Assembly (NCBI GenBank): GCA_051294375.1
Contig: CM119265.1
Coordinates: 19,705,642-19,769,641 of the forward strand
From: Paraspadella gotoi
Lineage: Eukaryota; Animalia; Chaetognatha
DNA: 64,000 nt
Direction: 5' to 3'
Notes under the pieces: model-generated
Database searches by the model: none
What the model was told of the DNA's origin: nothing
The model's input: the letters and a program-made list of their open reading frames with translations, nothing else
Translations under genes and position numbers: made by a program
Shown: in pieces, positions 63,433 through 64,000 of the stretch
How positions within the stretch are numbered: the stretch's first letter is position 1
How the letters are laid out: each line of letters opens with the position of its first letter

Positions 63433-63550
63433 GAGTCTTGAGTTTTGAGTCTTGAGTTTTGAGTCTTGAGTTTTGAGTCTTGAGGATTGGGCATTGAATC
63501 TTGAAACTTGAATTTTGGATCTTGATTCTTGAGTCTTTATTCTTGATTTC
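63433..63550 (+). repeat. 7/14-bp tandem repeat (TTGAGTC-TTGAGTT)n, decaying 3'
   Basis: Directly visible alternating heptamers. Confidence 0.85.
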
Positions 63551-64000
63551 TCACCGTCGATGATTAGTAAAATTACGAAAAACGATTTTATTCTTGTACG
63601 ACTACATGACAAGACAGCGTAAAATATAATTCTACTTTATGTCCCGTTCTCACAAAAAAATCAAATTGTTGTTTCCAATGAATTAACGCTTTCATCTTAC
63701 ACAATTTATTTTGGTTTTTTCTTGCGACATTATAGTAAATCTGTAAAACAAACATAAAAAAAAAACGTTAAAACGGTTGCGATCAACTTAAGGCTCATTT
63801 TAGACGTCTTTATATCATCATCATCATCATCGTCGTCGTCGTCGTCGTCCTGGACTTCTTCGTCATCGTCGTCGGCATCATTTCCACAAAAAAAACTACA
63901 ATTATTACAAAAAAACGACTGCTTAATAATAATAAATAATAATAATAATGATAATAAAAGTACGTACAGTAATCCAATCCCTCCCTACCCCCCCCTTTCC

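Overview
Eukaryotic, AT-rich, microsatellite-dense genomic window, most likely from an arthropod and plausibly a crustacean (inference). It looks like a gap-filled hybrid assembly: four gaps of exactly 25 N, three of them flanked by noisy duplicated sequence, and several indel-rich stretches of raw-long-read quality. Almost all listed ORFs are translations of microsatellites, N-runs or non-coding DNA. The only clear host gene is three consecutive, correctly phased exons of a cadherin (55543-56352, + strand) resembling the LDRD-x-P-x-GR-x-x-W repeat of arthropod DN/DE-type classical cadherins. A probable error-ridden upstream cadherin exon lies near 48.6-48.9 kb. The rest is mobile DNA. The most unusual element is a ~4.3-kb whole-length palindrome (8427-12700) made of two head-to-head 3' portions of a hAT transposon, with its empty target site assembled immediately downstream. 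There is also a triple-nested insertion: a Helentron-associated HINE, interrupted by a CAC-ended DNA transposon, itself interrupted by an integrase-only Gypsy LTR element (32917-37885). Smaller elements are Penelope-type LTR fragments with a minimal hammerhead ribozyme core, a family of short structured solo LTRs, a tRNA-Gly-derived SINE and a MITE-like foldback. All alignments were made by eye, so boundaries in noisy regions are approximate.
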